NCBI RefSeq assembly: GCF_963921235.1
Contig: NC_086097.1
Span: 227,108,001-227,172,000 of the forward strand
Source of the DNA: Mobula hypostoma
Taxonomy: Eukaryota
Reading direction: 5' to 3'
DNA: 64,000 nt
Position numbers and translations under genes: made by a program. Each line of letters starts with the position of its first letter. The first letter of the stretch is position 1. The notes below the pieces were generated by a model. It saw only the letters and a list, made by a program, of their open reading frames with translations, searched no databases and was not told the DNA's origin. Below, piece by piece: positions 13,105 to 26,636 of the stretch.

Positions 13105-14705
13105 GACAGAGCATAGAAATTTACAGCACATTACAGGCCCTTCAGCCCACATGTTGTGCAGAGCATTTAACCTACTTTAGAAACTGCTTTGAATTTCCTT
13201 ACTGCATAACCCTCTATTTTTCTAAGCTCCATGTACCTATCTAAGAGTCTCTTAAAAAACTCTATTGTATCTGCCTCTACCACCGTTGCTGGCAGTACAT
13301 TCCACACACCCACCACGCTCTGTGTGAAAAACTTACCTCTGACATCCTTCCTGTAAATACTTCCAAGCACCTTAAAACTATGCCCCTTTATGTTAGCCAT
13401 TTCAGCCCTGGGAAAAAGCCTCTGGCTATCTACACGATCAATGCCTCTCATCATCTTATACACCTCTATCAGATCACCTCTCATCCCCTGTCACTCCAAG
13501 GAGAAAAGGCCAAGTTCACTCAACCTACTTTCATAAGGCATGCTCTCCAATCCAGGCAATATCTTTGTAAATCTTCTCTGCACTCTCTCTATAGTATCTA
13601 CATCCTTCCTATGGTTAGGTGACCAGAACTGAACACAGTACTGCAAGCGGGGTCTAACTAAGGTCTTATATAGCTGTAACGTTGCACCACGGCTTTTGAA
13701 CTCTATCCCACGGTTGATGAATGCCAACACACCATATGCATTCTTAGCAACACTGTCAACCGCAGCAGCTTTAAGTGTGCTATGGACCCGGAACCCAAGA
13801 TCTCTCTGATCCTGTACACTACCAAGAGTATTACCATTAATATTATATTCTGTCTTCAAATTTGACCAAAATTAACTACTTCACACTTTTCTGGGTTGAG
13901 CTCCATCTTCCACTTCTCAGCCCAGTTTTGCACCCTATCGCTCCTAACATCCTTTCCCTGCCTCAATGGAACATACCTATGCAGAATGCCATGCAAATGT
14001 TCCCTGAACATCCACCATACTTTTGCCGTGCATTTCCCTGAGAACATCTGCTCCCAGTTTAGGTTCCCAAGTTCCTGCCTAATAACATCATATTTCCCCC
14101 TACCCAATTAAATGTTTTCCCAAATTGTCTGCTCCTATCCCTCTCTAGCACTATGATAAAGGAGATAGAGTTGTGATCACTACCTCCAAAATGCTCTCCC
14201 ACCGAGAGATCTGACAACTGACCAAGTTCACTTCCCAATACCGGATCAAGTACAGTGTCTTCTCTGATTGGCTTATTTACATATTGCATCAGGAAACCTT
14301 CCTGAACACACCTAACAAACTCCACCCCATCCAAACAACTTGCTCTAAGGAGATGCCGGTCAATATTAGGAATGTTAAAATCATCCATCACAACATTATT
14401 ATTGCACTATTCCAGAATCTGCTTCCCTATCTGTTCCTCAATATCTCTGTTATTTTTTTGTGGGGGGGGGGGTTATAAAAAACACCCAGTAGAGTTATTG
14501 CCCCCTTCCTGTTTCTGACTTCCACCCACAATGACTCCGTAGACAATCCCTCCATGACTTCCTCGTTTTCTGCAGCCGTGATACAATCCCTAATTAGCAA
14601 TGTCACACCCCACCTCTTTTGCCTCCATCCCAGTCCTTTTTGAAACATCTAAAGCCCAGCACACTCAGCAGCCATTTCTGCCCCTGAGACATCCAAGTCT
14701 CTGTA
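13105..14705 (-). mobile_element. CR1 LINE ORF2 remnant (endonuclease plus RT C-terminus, internal deletion)
   Basis: DFNIPNID, SDHNSI, LYKTLVRPRLQYCVQFWSP and MRGDLIEVYK motifs. Confidence 0.9.
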
Positions 14706-15119
14706 ATGTTTCCACCACTAAATTCATAATGGTCGATCTATAAAAAGTAACTCTGTACTTCTCATACATGTCAGCATGACCTAATGTGTTCGAATGAATT
14801 AATGACGTACATGATCCCTAATGATTAACTAAATTTTTTTTATTGAAAGTCACACCACCTTAAGCATAACTGTTGCAAAAAATTGTTTGATCAATAAACC
14901 AAAAATGCTAAATTACTTTCTTAAGTACATTTAAAAGGTACTTTAAGGATAGAGAAGGTTTGGAAGGATTTTGGCCAAATGTGGGCAAATGAAACTAGCT
15001 TAGATGGGAATCATGTCACATGACCTGTTGAGCTGAAGGGTCTGTTTCCATGGTGTTCAATTCAATGAGTCTAAGAATTTTTTTAAAGTAATGTGATTAA
15101 TTTTATAATTTAAAATTTT

Positions 15120-15685
15120 AGGTCATAAGACATAAGAGCAGAAATAGGCAATTTGGCCGCACCATTTAATCATGGTTGATTTATTTTACCACTCAACCCC
15201 ATTGTTTCTCCCTGTAACTTCTGACCCTTTGACTAATCAAGAACCTAACAACATCTGCTTTGAATAGACACAGTGGTTTGCCCTTCACAGCCATCTGTGG
15301 CAACAGATTCCACAGATTCACCACCCTCTGGCTAAAGAAATTCATTTTCATCTTTGTTCTGAATGATGTCCTTCTGTTATGAGGTTGTGCAATAGACTCC
15401 CCCACTATTGGAAACCTCCTCTCCACATCCACTTTATTAAGGCCTTTCAATATTCAGTTGATTGCAATGAGATCCTCCCTCATTCTTCTAGGTGCCGCTG
15501 AATACAGGCCCAGAGCCATCAAATTCTCCTCATACATTAACCCTTATATTCCCTGGATCAAAGGTTATGGGGAGAAGGCGGTAGAATAGGTTTGGGAGAG
15601 ATAGTATGTCAGCCAAGATGGATCGGCAGAGCGGACCCAATGGCCTGAATGGCCTAATTCTGCTCCTATGTCTTAAGGTCTTATG
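15120..15685. mobile_element. Head-to-head CR1 3' fragments
   Basis: - strand NFFSQRVVNLWNLLP ORF, followed by a + strand CR1 3'UTR. Confidence 0.75.
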
Positions 15686-16384
15686 GAAACGTCCAGTGAA
15701 ATGCATTGTTTACATTAATAACCAACACAATCCAGGAATTTGCGGGTGGGGGGGGGCGTGCTGAGAGGGGGATGGTGAACAGCATGCAAGTGTTTGGCTG
15801 AATAACACAGAACACAAGAAACAACAAAACAACAACAGCAAACCAGCTATTTATACACATGGATATCTCCCAACCCTTGGACAGTTCTCCAGCATCCAAT
15901 CTCCAGGCTTTGACTCCCAGACTATCAATCAACTTTTGGGCTTCAATCTTCAGTATTGACCCCCAGACTGGCCAATGATGGGATCCGAAACTCTGAAGTC
16001 CAACCCACTGATCAGACTAGTGCCTCCATATGCATGCTGCTTGCACGGACTCCTGGTTGTTGGCCTTCAAGTGTGGAACAGTGGCCTGGATTTCAGATGT
16101 CCTTTGTAATCTGGCCATGCCACTGACCTTTGAGCACGAGTGGAGGCCTGGAGTATGCATATCCTTCATCACCTGTCACTGGACTTTAACGTGGAGGGAG
16201 TACATAAGGTGTAGGTCAGATCTCTAACTCATCCACATCCCTATTAATAAACCCTACTCTGGCCTCTAAAGTCTCTACACAACTGTACCTAAATTCCCTC
16301 TATGGCCCCAAAAACCATTCTGACGAACTTAAAAAATAACTGAATTGGATTGATGACCTTGCTGGAGACTGCAGCTCAGCACTC

Positions 16385-16850
16385 ATTCCAGGAATGAAAG
16401 GGTTAACGTATGAGGAGTGTTCGATAACTCTGGGCCTGTACTCGCTGGTGCTTAGTACTATGAGGGGGGGATCTCATTGAAACCTTCCAAATATAGAAAG
16501 GCGTAGATGAAGTGGATGTATAGAGGATATTTCCAATAATGAGAAGCTTTAGGACCAAAGGACACAGCCTCAGAGTAGAAAGACATCCCTTCAGAACAGT
16601 GATGTCAAGGGTTTCCATAGCCAGAGAGTGGTGAATCTGTGGAATCGCCACAGGTGGCTGTGGAGGCCAAGTTATTGGATATCATTAAAGTGGAGGTTCA
16701 TAGGTTCTTGATTAGTAAGGGCATCAAAGGACACGGAGAGAAGGCAGGAGAATGGGGTTGAGAAGGTAAGTAAATCAGCCATGGTCGAAATGCGGAACAA
16801 ATTGGACGGGCTGAATGGCCTAATTCTGCTCCTATGTGTTATCATGTATG
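16385..16850 (+). mobile_element. CR1 3' fragment
   Basis: gggggatctcattgaaac, agagagtggtgaatctgtggaat and the CR1 3'UTR. Confidence 0.8.
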
Positions 16851-18280
16851 GTCACGTTTAACGGATGTAATAATTGTATTTACCTCATTCAAGGCACTTT
16901 ATTCACTCTTTGATTTTGTAACAAAATCCATTTAAATTGATGTGATGTTACTAAAATCCCAATAAATATCGTAACAGGATCACTTTTAAAATTATGGAAA
17001 TATGAACCAGGCTTCACTTATTGTGATAGCTAGCCTTGGTTTACTACTGGACTGAGCCACTATGTGAAAATTAATTAACACATGTGTGAATTAATCACCT
17101 CAAAAATTATGGATTTCAGAGGGAAATTATTTACCCCTCAACCATCAGGGTTCTAAACTCCTAAACCAGAGTGAATAACTTCACTCACCCAACACTGAAT
17201 TAATTCCCGAACCTATGGAATCACTTTCTAGGACTCTACAACTCCTGCTCTCAGTATTTATTTATTTATTAATTATTTAGTTTCTTCTTTTACATTTGCG
17301 CAATTTGTTGTCTTGCAGATTGGTTATTTCAAATTTACTTTGAACTTTGAAATAATTTGCTCACTTAGAGAGTGTACAAACTATACAGCGCAGGCCTAAG
17401 CCACTTAGGAAATTTGTCTTAAAGCTCTGCCGCATTATTAGTTTTTGGGTTATGTTCCACTGCTTTTCACAAACAACTTTCCCTTCAGTGGTGAATATTC
17501 TCTTTCCATTGTATTTCAGATAAAATTAGGATCATCTGCAACGATTGATCACTCTGATTGGAATAAAAATGCTCACTTCATTAACAATATAACCAGTGAA
17601 AGAGGACACCTTCAGCAGATAAAAGCTTCTGATAATTAGTCGGAAGCAACATGTTTTTTCTGTCTGGGTCCTCTGTACAGAAGTTCTCTAGTTAACATTT
17701 ATAAAAATAATTAATCTCAAAAAAATGATCTTATTAACTACAGAGCTTAATTTAATTGATACCCTTCAAAAATGTGATTATATGACTGTTATATTGACAG
17801 TTATGTTCCAGCTACTAAGGATATCTTTTCACTAACAAAAGAATTTACCTTAAAATATTTGAGGTGGAATTTAAATACAATTAATAACAATGTGTAGAAA
17901 TCGATTATCATGGTGAGGGTTTAATTGCTTAAAACAGCATTTGTCAGCTTTATGTTTTATTGACAAACTTTATCGATTTATCCAAATTTGGACTTTGACT
18001 TGTCTCTGGTACATAAAATTCGCATGTGCTGTTCAAATGGGAAATGGTTGTATTGATTTCCTTGACTTCAGCTGAAATGCTAAAGATTTTTGGATAAGCG
18101 TTCTCATTACTTAAGTCAAAATCAATATAAAAGAGCTTCTTTTAATGAAAGAGCAGTCTCAACACCTACTGTTGAAATGGAGTCCTGTTCATCCTTTGCC
18201 TTGGGTATTGATCACCTGGGTTGTATTACGGATGTCCAATTGGTTGACATTGTGGCTTAGTTATGTGTATAAACTTGCAG

Positions 18281-18346
18281 GTTCAGAAAAGAGAAGACAT
18301 GATACAGAGTCAAACATGTAAAATCCACTTCTTGCAACGGAAAATG
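18281..18346 (+). CDS. Internal exon of host coiled-coil protein gene (VQKREDMIQSQTCKIHFLQRKM)
   Basis: cttgcag|GTT acceptor, ATG|gttggg donor (weak), 66 nt, phase 0-0, open frame joins the next exon in frame. Confidence 0.55.
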
Positions 18347-18648
18347 GTTGGGTGTTTTTTATAGGTATAATTTCAAAAACAAACTATAAGATGACTGGGT
18401 AACAACATTCTATTAAATAATTTGTGATTTAGTTACAATGTGAGATGTTCTTTGTGTGATTTACTTATGTTGTCACGAGGGAATCGAAGGAATCTAAACT
18501 GAGTTTTCAGTTTTCGTATCTGTATACAGTATTTTTCATTGCATTAGGAAATCCACATTCAGTGTCTGATTTCCCTTATTGAAAGTCCATTTGCTCTATT
18601 GTTGGTTGATTACTTTGTTTATCTAATTATTTTCTGGATTTCTTTCAG

Positions 18649-18786
18649 CCTGAAGTGAAAGAGCACAGAGTTTATGATCTTGAAGCAGAACATCAAAATG
18701 GGAAGACCCAAGCTCAAAGGACTTCATTGCAAAACTGTAATGAAACAGATGTTAACCACAAGTCATTTCAGCAAGTCCAACATAAG
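18649..18786 (+). CDS. Internal exon of host coiled-coil protein gene (PEVKEHRVYDLEAEHQ...FQQVQHK)
   Basis: tttctttcag| acceptor, AAG|gtattc donor, 138 nt, phase 0-0; only frame 0 is open from the acceptor; E/Q/K-rich. Confidence 0.7.
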
Positions 18787-19645
18787 GTATTCTGCATGGA
18801 TACAATTAATTATTGCATACTACGTAAATTGTCCAATTACCCTTGAGTTAATTAAGTGAAATAGACATTGATACATAGACAAATGCAGGTGTCATGTTAT
18901 TGTGTTGTAAATTTACTCCCTTTTAGTTAATGGGCCCAGCATGTAAGCTTCCTAATAACAAAGCTACATAAAATTATATCGTAATTAGAACTGTTTTGAC
19001 CCATAGCTAGAAAATTGTATTTTCATGTACCTATCACTTTTGTTCAACTTTAGGTCAATTCATGTTTCCTGTTTTATTTTAAATTTCATTATGTTCAAAA
19101 CCTGATTGGTAATTAAATTATATTGTTTCTATGAGTAAGCATCTAAAAATAAATCTATATTTTGAAAAGGCTTAATTACACAGGTAAGTTATAGGAAAAT
19201 GCATGTATCTTTTATACATTCTTCAATCTTACATCCGTATGAGATGTGTTTTGATAAAATTTTATTTAAATTGTGCATTTTTCCTGAATGTTGTGTAGCA
19301 TAAACTTGCAAGATGTAATAACTAATATCTCTGTCAATCACGAAATCTGGAAGGATCTGGTTTTGAGAATATTTTTGAATATTTTCTCTGTTGTCCTAGT
19401 ATTATCTTCCCCTGAAAGGACATAGAAAAGAGTGTTATTTTCAGCATTTTGGTGTTGGGCATGTGAATGATGCGATCTGCCCAACAAAGTTCTGAATTTA
19501 ATTCTCATGAAAATGATAGGGAGGTTGGCTGAGGAGGAAGCAGTGACCTTTGCTGCTTATCATTTAAATAGTTTTTTTTTGGGGATATTGTAGAGACATT
19601 TTTGTTGGTTGTATTGTCACAAAATATAGGCACGGATCACTAATT

Positions 19646-19786
19646 ACAAACAAGGGAAAATCTGCTGATCTGCTGATGCTGGAAATCCAACTCACGCAAA
19701 AGACTGGAGGAGCTCAGCAGGACAGGCAGCATCTATGGAAAAGAGCATAGTTGATGTTTCAGGCCCAGACCCTTCATCAGGACTGG
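19646..19786 (-). mobile_element. Penelope-like terminal cassette with hammerhead core
   Basis: Reverse strand ccagtc-CTGATGA-agggtctgggcct-GAAA-catc followed by the family tail gatgctgcctgtcctgctgag. Confidence 0.75.
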
Positions 19787-20284
19787 ATATGGGCTACAAA
19801 TTACAACTGGAGATGGAAAAAGCATGTCAAAAGAGTAAAGTTATGAGAGTCAAGGGGGATTTCAATATACAGGTAGGTTGGGCAAATCAGGTTGGTGCTG
19901 ACTCCCAAGAGAGAGAATTTGTAAAGTGCCTATGAGATGGCTTTTTAGAGCAGCTTGTGGTTGAGCCCATTCGGGATCAGCTATTCTGGACTGGGTGTTG
20001 TGTAATCACCGGATTTGATTAGGGAGCCTAAGGTAAATGAACCCTTAGGAGGCAGTGATCATAATATGATAGAATTCACCCTCAATTGAGAGAGAGAAGC
20101 AAAAGTCAGATGTATTGGTATTACAGTTGAGTATTGGAAATTACATAAGCATGAGAGAGGAGCTGGGCAAAGTGGACTGAAAGGGGATACTAGCAGGGAT
20201 GATGGTAGAGCAGCAGTGGTGGAGTTTCTGGAAGTAATTTGGAAGGCGCAGGATAGATACATCCCCAAGAAGTAGTAGGATTCT

Positions 20285-20571
20285 TTTTTTTTGGGGCGTG
20301 TGCCTGCGTGCATGCGCGTCTGTGTGTGTGTGTCTGCGTGTCTGTGCGTGTGTCCGTGATGATGTCTTTTTCATGGCTTTACAAGGCGCTCCACTCCTCA
20401 CACAGACATTTTCGCAGTATTTTCCTTTTATTTTACAAGGTCAAGTTGCAATCTCGACACTCAACCTGGCACAGATGGAAAGCGTACTCGGGAGCACACC
20501 CGACTAGTTTCAAACCCGGGAACCTCCGCTCCGGGGTTCAGCGCCGATATCGTTGCGCCACCAGCCTGCCC
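20285..20571 (-). mobile_element. tRNA-derived SINE with internal (CA)n and poly-A tail
   Basis: Perfect 15-bp TSD aagtagtaggattct (20270-20284, 20572-20586); A-box-like TGGCGCAACG, B-box-like GGTTTGAAAC; A-tail. Confidence 0.85.
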
Positions 20572-22171
20572 AAGTAGTAGGATTCTAAAGGCAGGATGAC
20601 GCAATTGTGGATGACAAGGGAAGTCAAAGCCAACATAAAAGCAAAAGAGAGGACAAGTAATAGAGCACAAATTAATGGGAAGTTACAAGATTGGGAAACT
20701 TTTAAAAACCAACAGAAGGCAACTAAAAAGTCATAAAGGGGGAAAAAAGATTAAGTATGATGGTAAGCTTACCAAAAATATCAGATGATACCAAAGGATT
20801 GTTTCAGATACATAGAGAGTAAAAGAGGTGAGAATAGTCTTCGGATTGCTAGAAAATGATGCTGGCGAGATAGTAATGGGGACAAGAAAATGGTGGAAAA
20901 ACTGAGTAAGTGTTTTGCATCAGTTTTCACTGTAAAAGACACAAGCAGTGTGCCAGAAGTTGAAGAGTATCAGGGGGCCGAAGTGAGTGCAGTTGCAATT
21001 ACTGTACTTGGGAGAAGGTGTTTGGGAAACTGGAAGGTCTCAATGCAGATAATTCACCTGGACTAAAGGGACTACAACCGAGGTTCTGAAAGAGATAGCT
21101 GAAGGGATTATGGAGCCATTATTAATAATTTTTCAAGAATCGATAGATTCTGGTGCAGTTCTGGATGGCTGGAAAATTGCAAATGTGGCTCCACCCTTCA
21201 ACAAGGTAGAGAGGCAGAAGAAAGGAAATTATAGGCCAGTTAGTCTGATCTCAGTGTTTGGGCAGATGTTAGAGTCAATTGGTAAGGACGTGGTTTTGAG
21301 GTACTTGGAGGCATGTGATAAAACCATCATGGTTTCCTCAAGGGAATATCTTGCCTGACAAATCTGCTGGAATTCTTTGAGGAAATAACATGCAGGAATG
21401 ACAAAGAAGAACCTGTGGATGCTGCGTACTTGGGTTTTCAGAGCACCGTTGATATGGTGCTGCACATGAGGCTGTTTAACAAGGTAAGAGCCCATGGTAT
21501 TACAGGAAAGATACTAGCATATATAGAGTATTAGCTGATTTGCAGGAGGCAAAGAGTGGGAATAAATGGAGCCTTTTCTGATTGGCTGCCGGTGACTTGT
21601 GGTGTTCTACAGGGGTCGGTGTTGCTTCTTTATACATTGTACATCAATGATTTGGATGGAAGAATCGATGGCTTTGTACCCAAGTCAGTAGATGATACAA
21701 AGATCAGTGGATGGGTAGGTAGTGTTGAAGAAGCAGCGGGGCTGCAGAAAGACTCCGAAAGATTAGAAGAATGGCCATGAATGTGGCAGATTGTATACAG
21801 TATTTAATTTGCAGGATAAGTCAGTAGTAGGGAAGACAAATGCAATGTTAGCATTCATTTTGGGAGGATTAAAATATAAAAGTAAGGAGGTAATGCTGAG
21901 GCTTTATAAGGCACTGGTGAGGCCTCTCATGGAGTATTGTGAGCAGTTTTTGGCCTCTTATTTAAGAAAGGATATACGGACGTCATAGCAGGTTCAGAAG
22001 AATGATTCTGAGAATGAATGGCTGATTGTTTGAGGAGCAATTGATGGCCTTTACTAACTGAAATTTAGAGAAGAGAGGGGGGATCTCATTGAAAATTATC
22101 GACTGTGGAAAGGCCCAGATAGTGGATATGGGGAGAATGTTACCTATAGTAGGGTAGTCTAGGACCAGAGG

Positions 22172-22802
22172 GTGTGTGTGTGGCCTCCATTGGTCATGGT
22201 CGACCATGGGTACTGCGCCTCTGGTAGCCACTGTCCGACACTATAAAGTGAAGCTGGAATGGCCTCTCCAGGGTGCAAGCCAGGGCAGAATTGATATGGA
22301 GATCCGTCTGTTGCCCATGCAGTGGGACTCCCCTCTCCATGCTGATGACAGGTCCAAAGGAACGACGAAAGTCGATACAGTTCGGTGCCAGCAGCATCGC
22401 AGGAGTTGCTGTGCCGGTGCTGGGTACAGCAGTCAGCCGCCTTCGGGACTCCGACTCCAGATTTTTCCTTGGGGTTTACTCCCAAAGTCTTTCCCGTGAG
22501 CAGGTATAGCTGCAAGGCAGCGGGGGTTTGAAATCGGAGTTTTCCCCCTCCGAGATGAGCTACCATCTGTGGTTAACGAGCCTCATCTGCCCAGAGCAAC
22601 TGGTTTTAAGGCGCCAGTGGCCCGCCTTTGCCCCTTCCCCTGTCAGTGAGAACAACTCCGCCGGGCATAAGAACTGTGCCACACGTGAAGGCCAGGAATT
22701 GGACTTGGTTGTCAGACGCTGTTTGAGACGCATGCCATGAAGAGCATTTGTTTAGCAGTGGGAGCTCGTCCCCACTACCACCCTTCAGCTATGACTACCT
22801 TT
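22172..22802 (-). mobile_element. Non-autonomous RTE-type retroelement with structured 5' region and (CA)n tail
   Basis: 10-bp TSD ggaccagagg (22162-22171, 22803-22812); GC-rich; 3' half homologous to the SINE at 44375-44668; no real ORF. Confidence 0.75.
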
Positions 22803-23104
22803 GGACCAGAGGTACAGCCTCAGAAAAGAGGGACACTCGTTTAGAATGGAGATGAGGAGGAATTTCTTTAGCCAGAGCATGGTGAATCCGTGGAATTCAT
22901 TGCTACAGGCATCTGTGCAGGCCAGGTCTTTGGATGTATTTAAAGTGGAAGTTGATAGGTTCTTGATTAGTCAGGGCTTGAAAGGTTACAGGAGGAAGGC
23001 AAGAGAATGGGGTTGAGAGGGAAATCGATCAGCTATGATGGAATGGCAGAGCAGACTCGATGAGCCAAATGACCTAATACTGCTCCTGTCTTATTGGTCT
23101 TATG

Positions 23105-23358
23105 ACTCCACAACTCATGTTCTCAGTATTGTGCATTTACATGTTTTTTTAATTATCAATATTTGTTTTTTTCCAAACTTGCACAGTCTGCTTCCTTTTG
23201 CCCGTTGGTTGCTTGTCTGTCTTTGCATGTAGTTTTGCATTCATTCTGTTGTGTTTCTTTGTTCTGCTGAGAATGCCTGCAAGAAAATGAATCTCAGGGT
23301 AGTATATGATAACATGTATGTATTTGATAATCAATTTACTTTGAACTTTTTACTTTGA
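23105..23358 (+). mobile_element. Rex1/Babar 3'UTR and tail
   Basis: gcaagaaaatgaatctcagggtagtata...tttactttgaacttt tail, matching the reverse complement of ~1183-1320. Confidence 0.7.
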
Positions 23359-26300
23359 AAAATTCTGTCTTCTCCTATCCTTTCACCATAAAGTGATGCC
23401 AGTTAGCACAGGGAAGTTCAATCCTCAACTGCTTGCAGTCTTCTTTATGATGCACATACATATTTATTCCCTGTCTACTGCAGACTACTTGGGAGCAAAC
23501 TCTCAGCAAAGTAATTGCTCCTTTTTATCTGGATTTAGAATTCATCCTTAGTTTCTTGGATATTCTCAGTCCTTACAACAGTAAAGGACTCATTGATAAA
23601 TATTATAATGCCACCTCTTGTTTGACATTGCTTTCTGTTTTATCTGAACTGTCTATACCTTGGTTGATTGCCTTGCCCATCTTGCAACTACGTCTGAAAG
23701 AAGGGAACAATGTTTTGTCGCTATCTTTAATTATAGGCCTGATGTAATGAGCTCTGCTTTATAACGCTTTAAAATAGATGCATTCCAGCCTTGCACTCCT
23801 CCCCTGTGTCTAGAGACTTGGTTTTCCCCCTACATTTATCGGTTCCTTAGCTGCCTGTTTATTCGTACCCTGTGTCCGGTTTCTAGCCAATTTATTTACA
23901 CCCTCCCCAGAAGATCTATAAATCTATACTGTAAGTCCTTTTTAAAGGGCATTAGACCTGATTTAGATGCAACCCATCGATCTGGTACCAGTCTCACCTT
24001 TCCCAAAAACAGTTCCAGTAATCCAAAAATCTGACTTTTGAACTTAATATTATTATGGGAGCTCATCAATATGCACAGGTTGCCATTTGTCAGATGTTCA
24101 TTGCCTGTATATGCTTCTCTCATTCATTTTAGGATGTTGACGTTGACCTTACCTTGATTGAGATTTATTTTTCCTTCATGGTCACAGTATTTACAATTTG
24201 TTACCAGAACCTGGTTGGAGAGACTGAAAAAAAAATGGCATTGTCATTTACTAATTAAGATAGACATCTCAGCAGTTAGGAAATTAATTGGCTTTCAAAG
24301 GATGTTCTTTTTACTAATTAAATGTTATAAATCAGATGATTTTAATCCACAAGCTCTGATATCAGTCTGTAGGCTGAACAGTAAATGAAACATGCTAGTA
24401 TTCTATTTTTCTGGCCTTTGTTTTACATCGCAGGGAGCTTGCCTAAAGCTAATGGGGATTCACTAATGGATGCAAATGGGAATTCAAGGCATTAACTAAT
24501 ACTTCAGTGCCGCTTCAAACTTAATAGAAGTAAAACTTAGAGAGATTGATGCCACAGAGACAGTGAAAGTGCTATTGGACCATAGAATCCATACGCTGTT
24601 GCTGGACTGGATTCCAATTCTAAACTTATTCCAATTCTCAATCAGTGAAGAAAATTGGACCATAGGATTCATATGCTATTGCAAGATTGGATTGCTGCTT
24701 ATTTATAGCTCTAAGATTATTTTTAAATAATTTTATCTGTGGCATGATGTGCACCATATTAAAGCATATAAATGTGATGTTTAGAGTTATCATACTGTAT
24801 TGCATATAGTAGCAGGAGCTTCACCCTTTATAGTCAATATGAACAGCAGTTATGCCCACTAAATGACGACAAAAGCCATTCCTTACAACTGGGTTGTATT
24901 GGCCAAGAATGTGGTGCTTCAATTCATCTAAAGAGCATTGCATCAGGAGTCTGTGCTCTGTATGGAAGACCATTGCGTCTTCTTGCAGTAGGATGTGATG
25001 TCGACTGATGCCTAATGGATTATAACCAAAGGCTTGTTACTCAACACATTTGTAGCTTTTCTCTACTAGAAATAAGATAATGGTAGTTGTCAGCAGCTGT
25101 CACAATTCTTTTATCCAGCAACGCTAAACTTCAGTCCAATATTCCACCCTTCTGGAAAACTGAAAGGTTTATTGCTGAGAAACAAGGAATGATGATACAT
25201 GCATGCCTCATGAAAACCTTGTGCTGATTACTGTAGCTGAACAACGTGAGTATAAATTAAACCATGGAACCAGTAGGAGCAAAATTAAACACATAATAGG
25301 ATTTTCCATACAGAAATTCATATCTTGTTAGGCTTATACTCAAACGTGGGATGTAGAATATTGCTTCTCAGGGGTTTATTGATTTATTTTAGTCAAGCGA
25401 AGTTCTCTAGTAGTATTTTTCACTAATATCTATTGCATTCAGTTCCTCATTTTCACTTAATCCTTAGTCCTTTGGTATTCTTGGCAGGTTTATGGTATAT
25501 TCTTCTATGAAGACAAACTCAGAGTAGTAATTCTCTTATTTCTTTAAGTGCACCCATATCTGTCCGCAAAAGACTCACATTTGCCTTCCTTACTCTATTC
25601 CTTTTTATATACTTCTTAAGGCCGGAGTCCAAGCTGATATTACAGTGATATATGATCTATGTAATTCATGAGGTATGAGTCTGTAAAGGTGCATTGCTTT
25701 CTTTCTGGCACAAGAGATGCCAATTACCAACATAAGATGTAGTGAACTTCAGGCTGAGTCATAAAAGTGCAACACTAGAATGCATATGGCAGGAAAGTTA
25801 AGCATGCTGATGAATTCATCATAAGATTGAATAAATTTTTATATGTAGAGATATATTCAGTAGTGCATGTTGGCATTTATCTTCTCTGAGAGCAATAGTT
25901 AAAATCCTATTTTCTTACTTTTGTTCCAAAGTTGTCATTTCTCTTTCCAACTACTAGCTTATTCTTAATGTTAACACTTTCTCTGCTTCAGTTAATAAAT
26001 TTGGTAGTGTTGCCATAGCCTAATAACCGTATGTAACAAAAATGTTTCTCCACTTTTTTTCCTAAATCTTATCTAATTTCTTACTATCAAATCAGTTCTA
26101 ATCTCCTTTTCTAATAAGTAGTTGTTACCAGCTTACAGATCAAATTCAAGTCTGAGTCATAGAAAACCACAGAACAAAAGTAGGCCCTTCAGCCCATTTA
26201 GTCCATGCCAAGCCATGTAAGCTGCTTAGTCCCATAAACCTGCACCCAGATCATAGCCTTCCATGCCCCTCTCATCCATGTACATACCTATGCAAAATTC

Positions 26301-26636
26301 TCTTGAACGTTGAAATCAAAATTGCTACCACCACTTGGCTGGCAGCTAATTCTGCACACTCAACACCCTTTGAATGAAGAAGTTGCCCTTCACGTTCCCC
26401 TTAAACATTTCACCTTTCATATTTAACCCATGACCAAGAGTTGTAGTCTCACACAACCTCAGTGGAAAGAGCCTGCTACATTTACCCTATCTATACCCCT
26501 CATCATTTCGTACACCTCAATTAAATCTCCCGTCAGTCTTCTACGTTCCAGGGAGTAAAGTTCTAACCTATTCAATCTTTCCTTAGAACGCGAGTCCTTC
26601 AATCCTAGAAACATCCTTGTAAATTTTCTCTGTACT

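Larger units (their letters stand above)
19790..23105 (+). mobile_element. Long decayed CR1 LINE (endonuclease to 3'UTR) with two nested SINE-like elements
   Basis: GDFN, WKIANV.P.F...NYRPVSL, GVLQGSVL, DDTKI, LYKALVRP motifs and 3'UTR. Confidence 0.9.

Noticed and set aside
17519..17639. Good acceptor followed by an open frame (IKLGSSATIDH...)
   Set aside because: No donor before the stop codon; no coiled-coil character
22159..22740. Cluster of overlapping ORFs on both strands (also 31799-32295)
   Set aside because: Expected in GC-rich non-coding retroelements; no protein motifs
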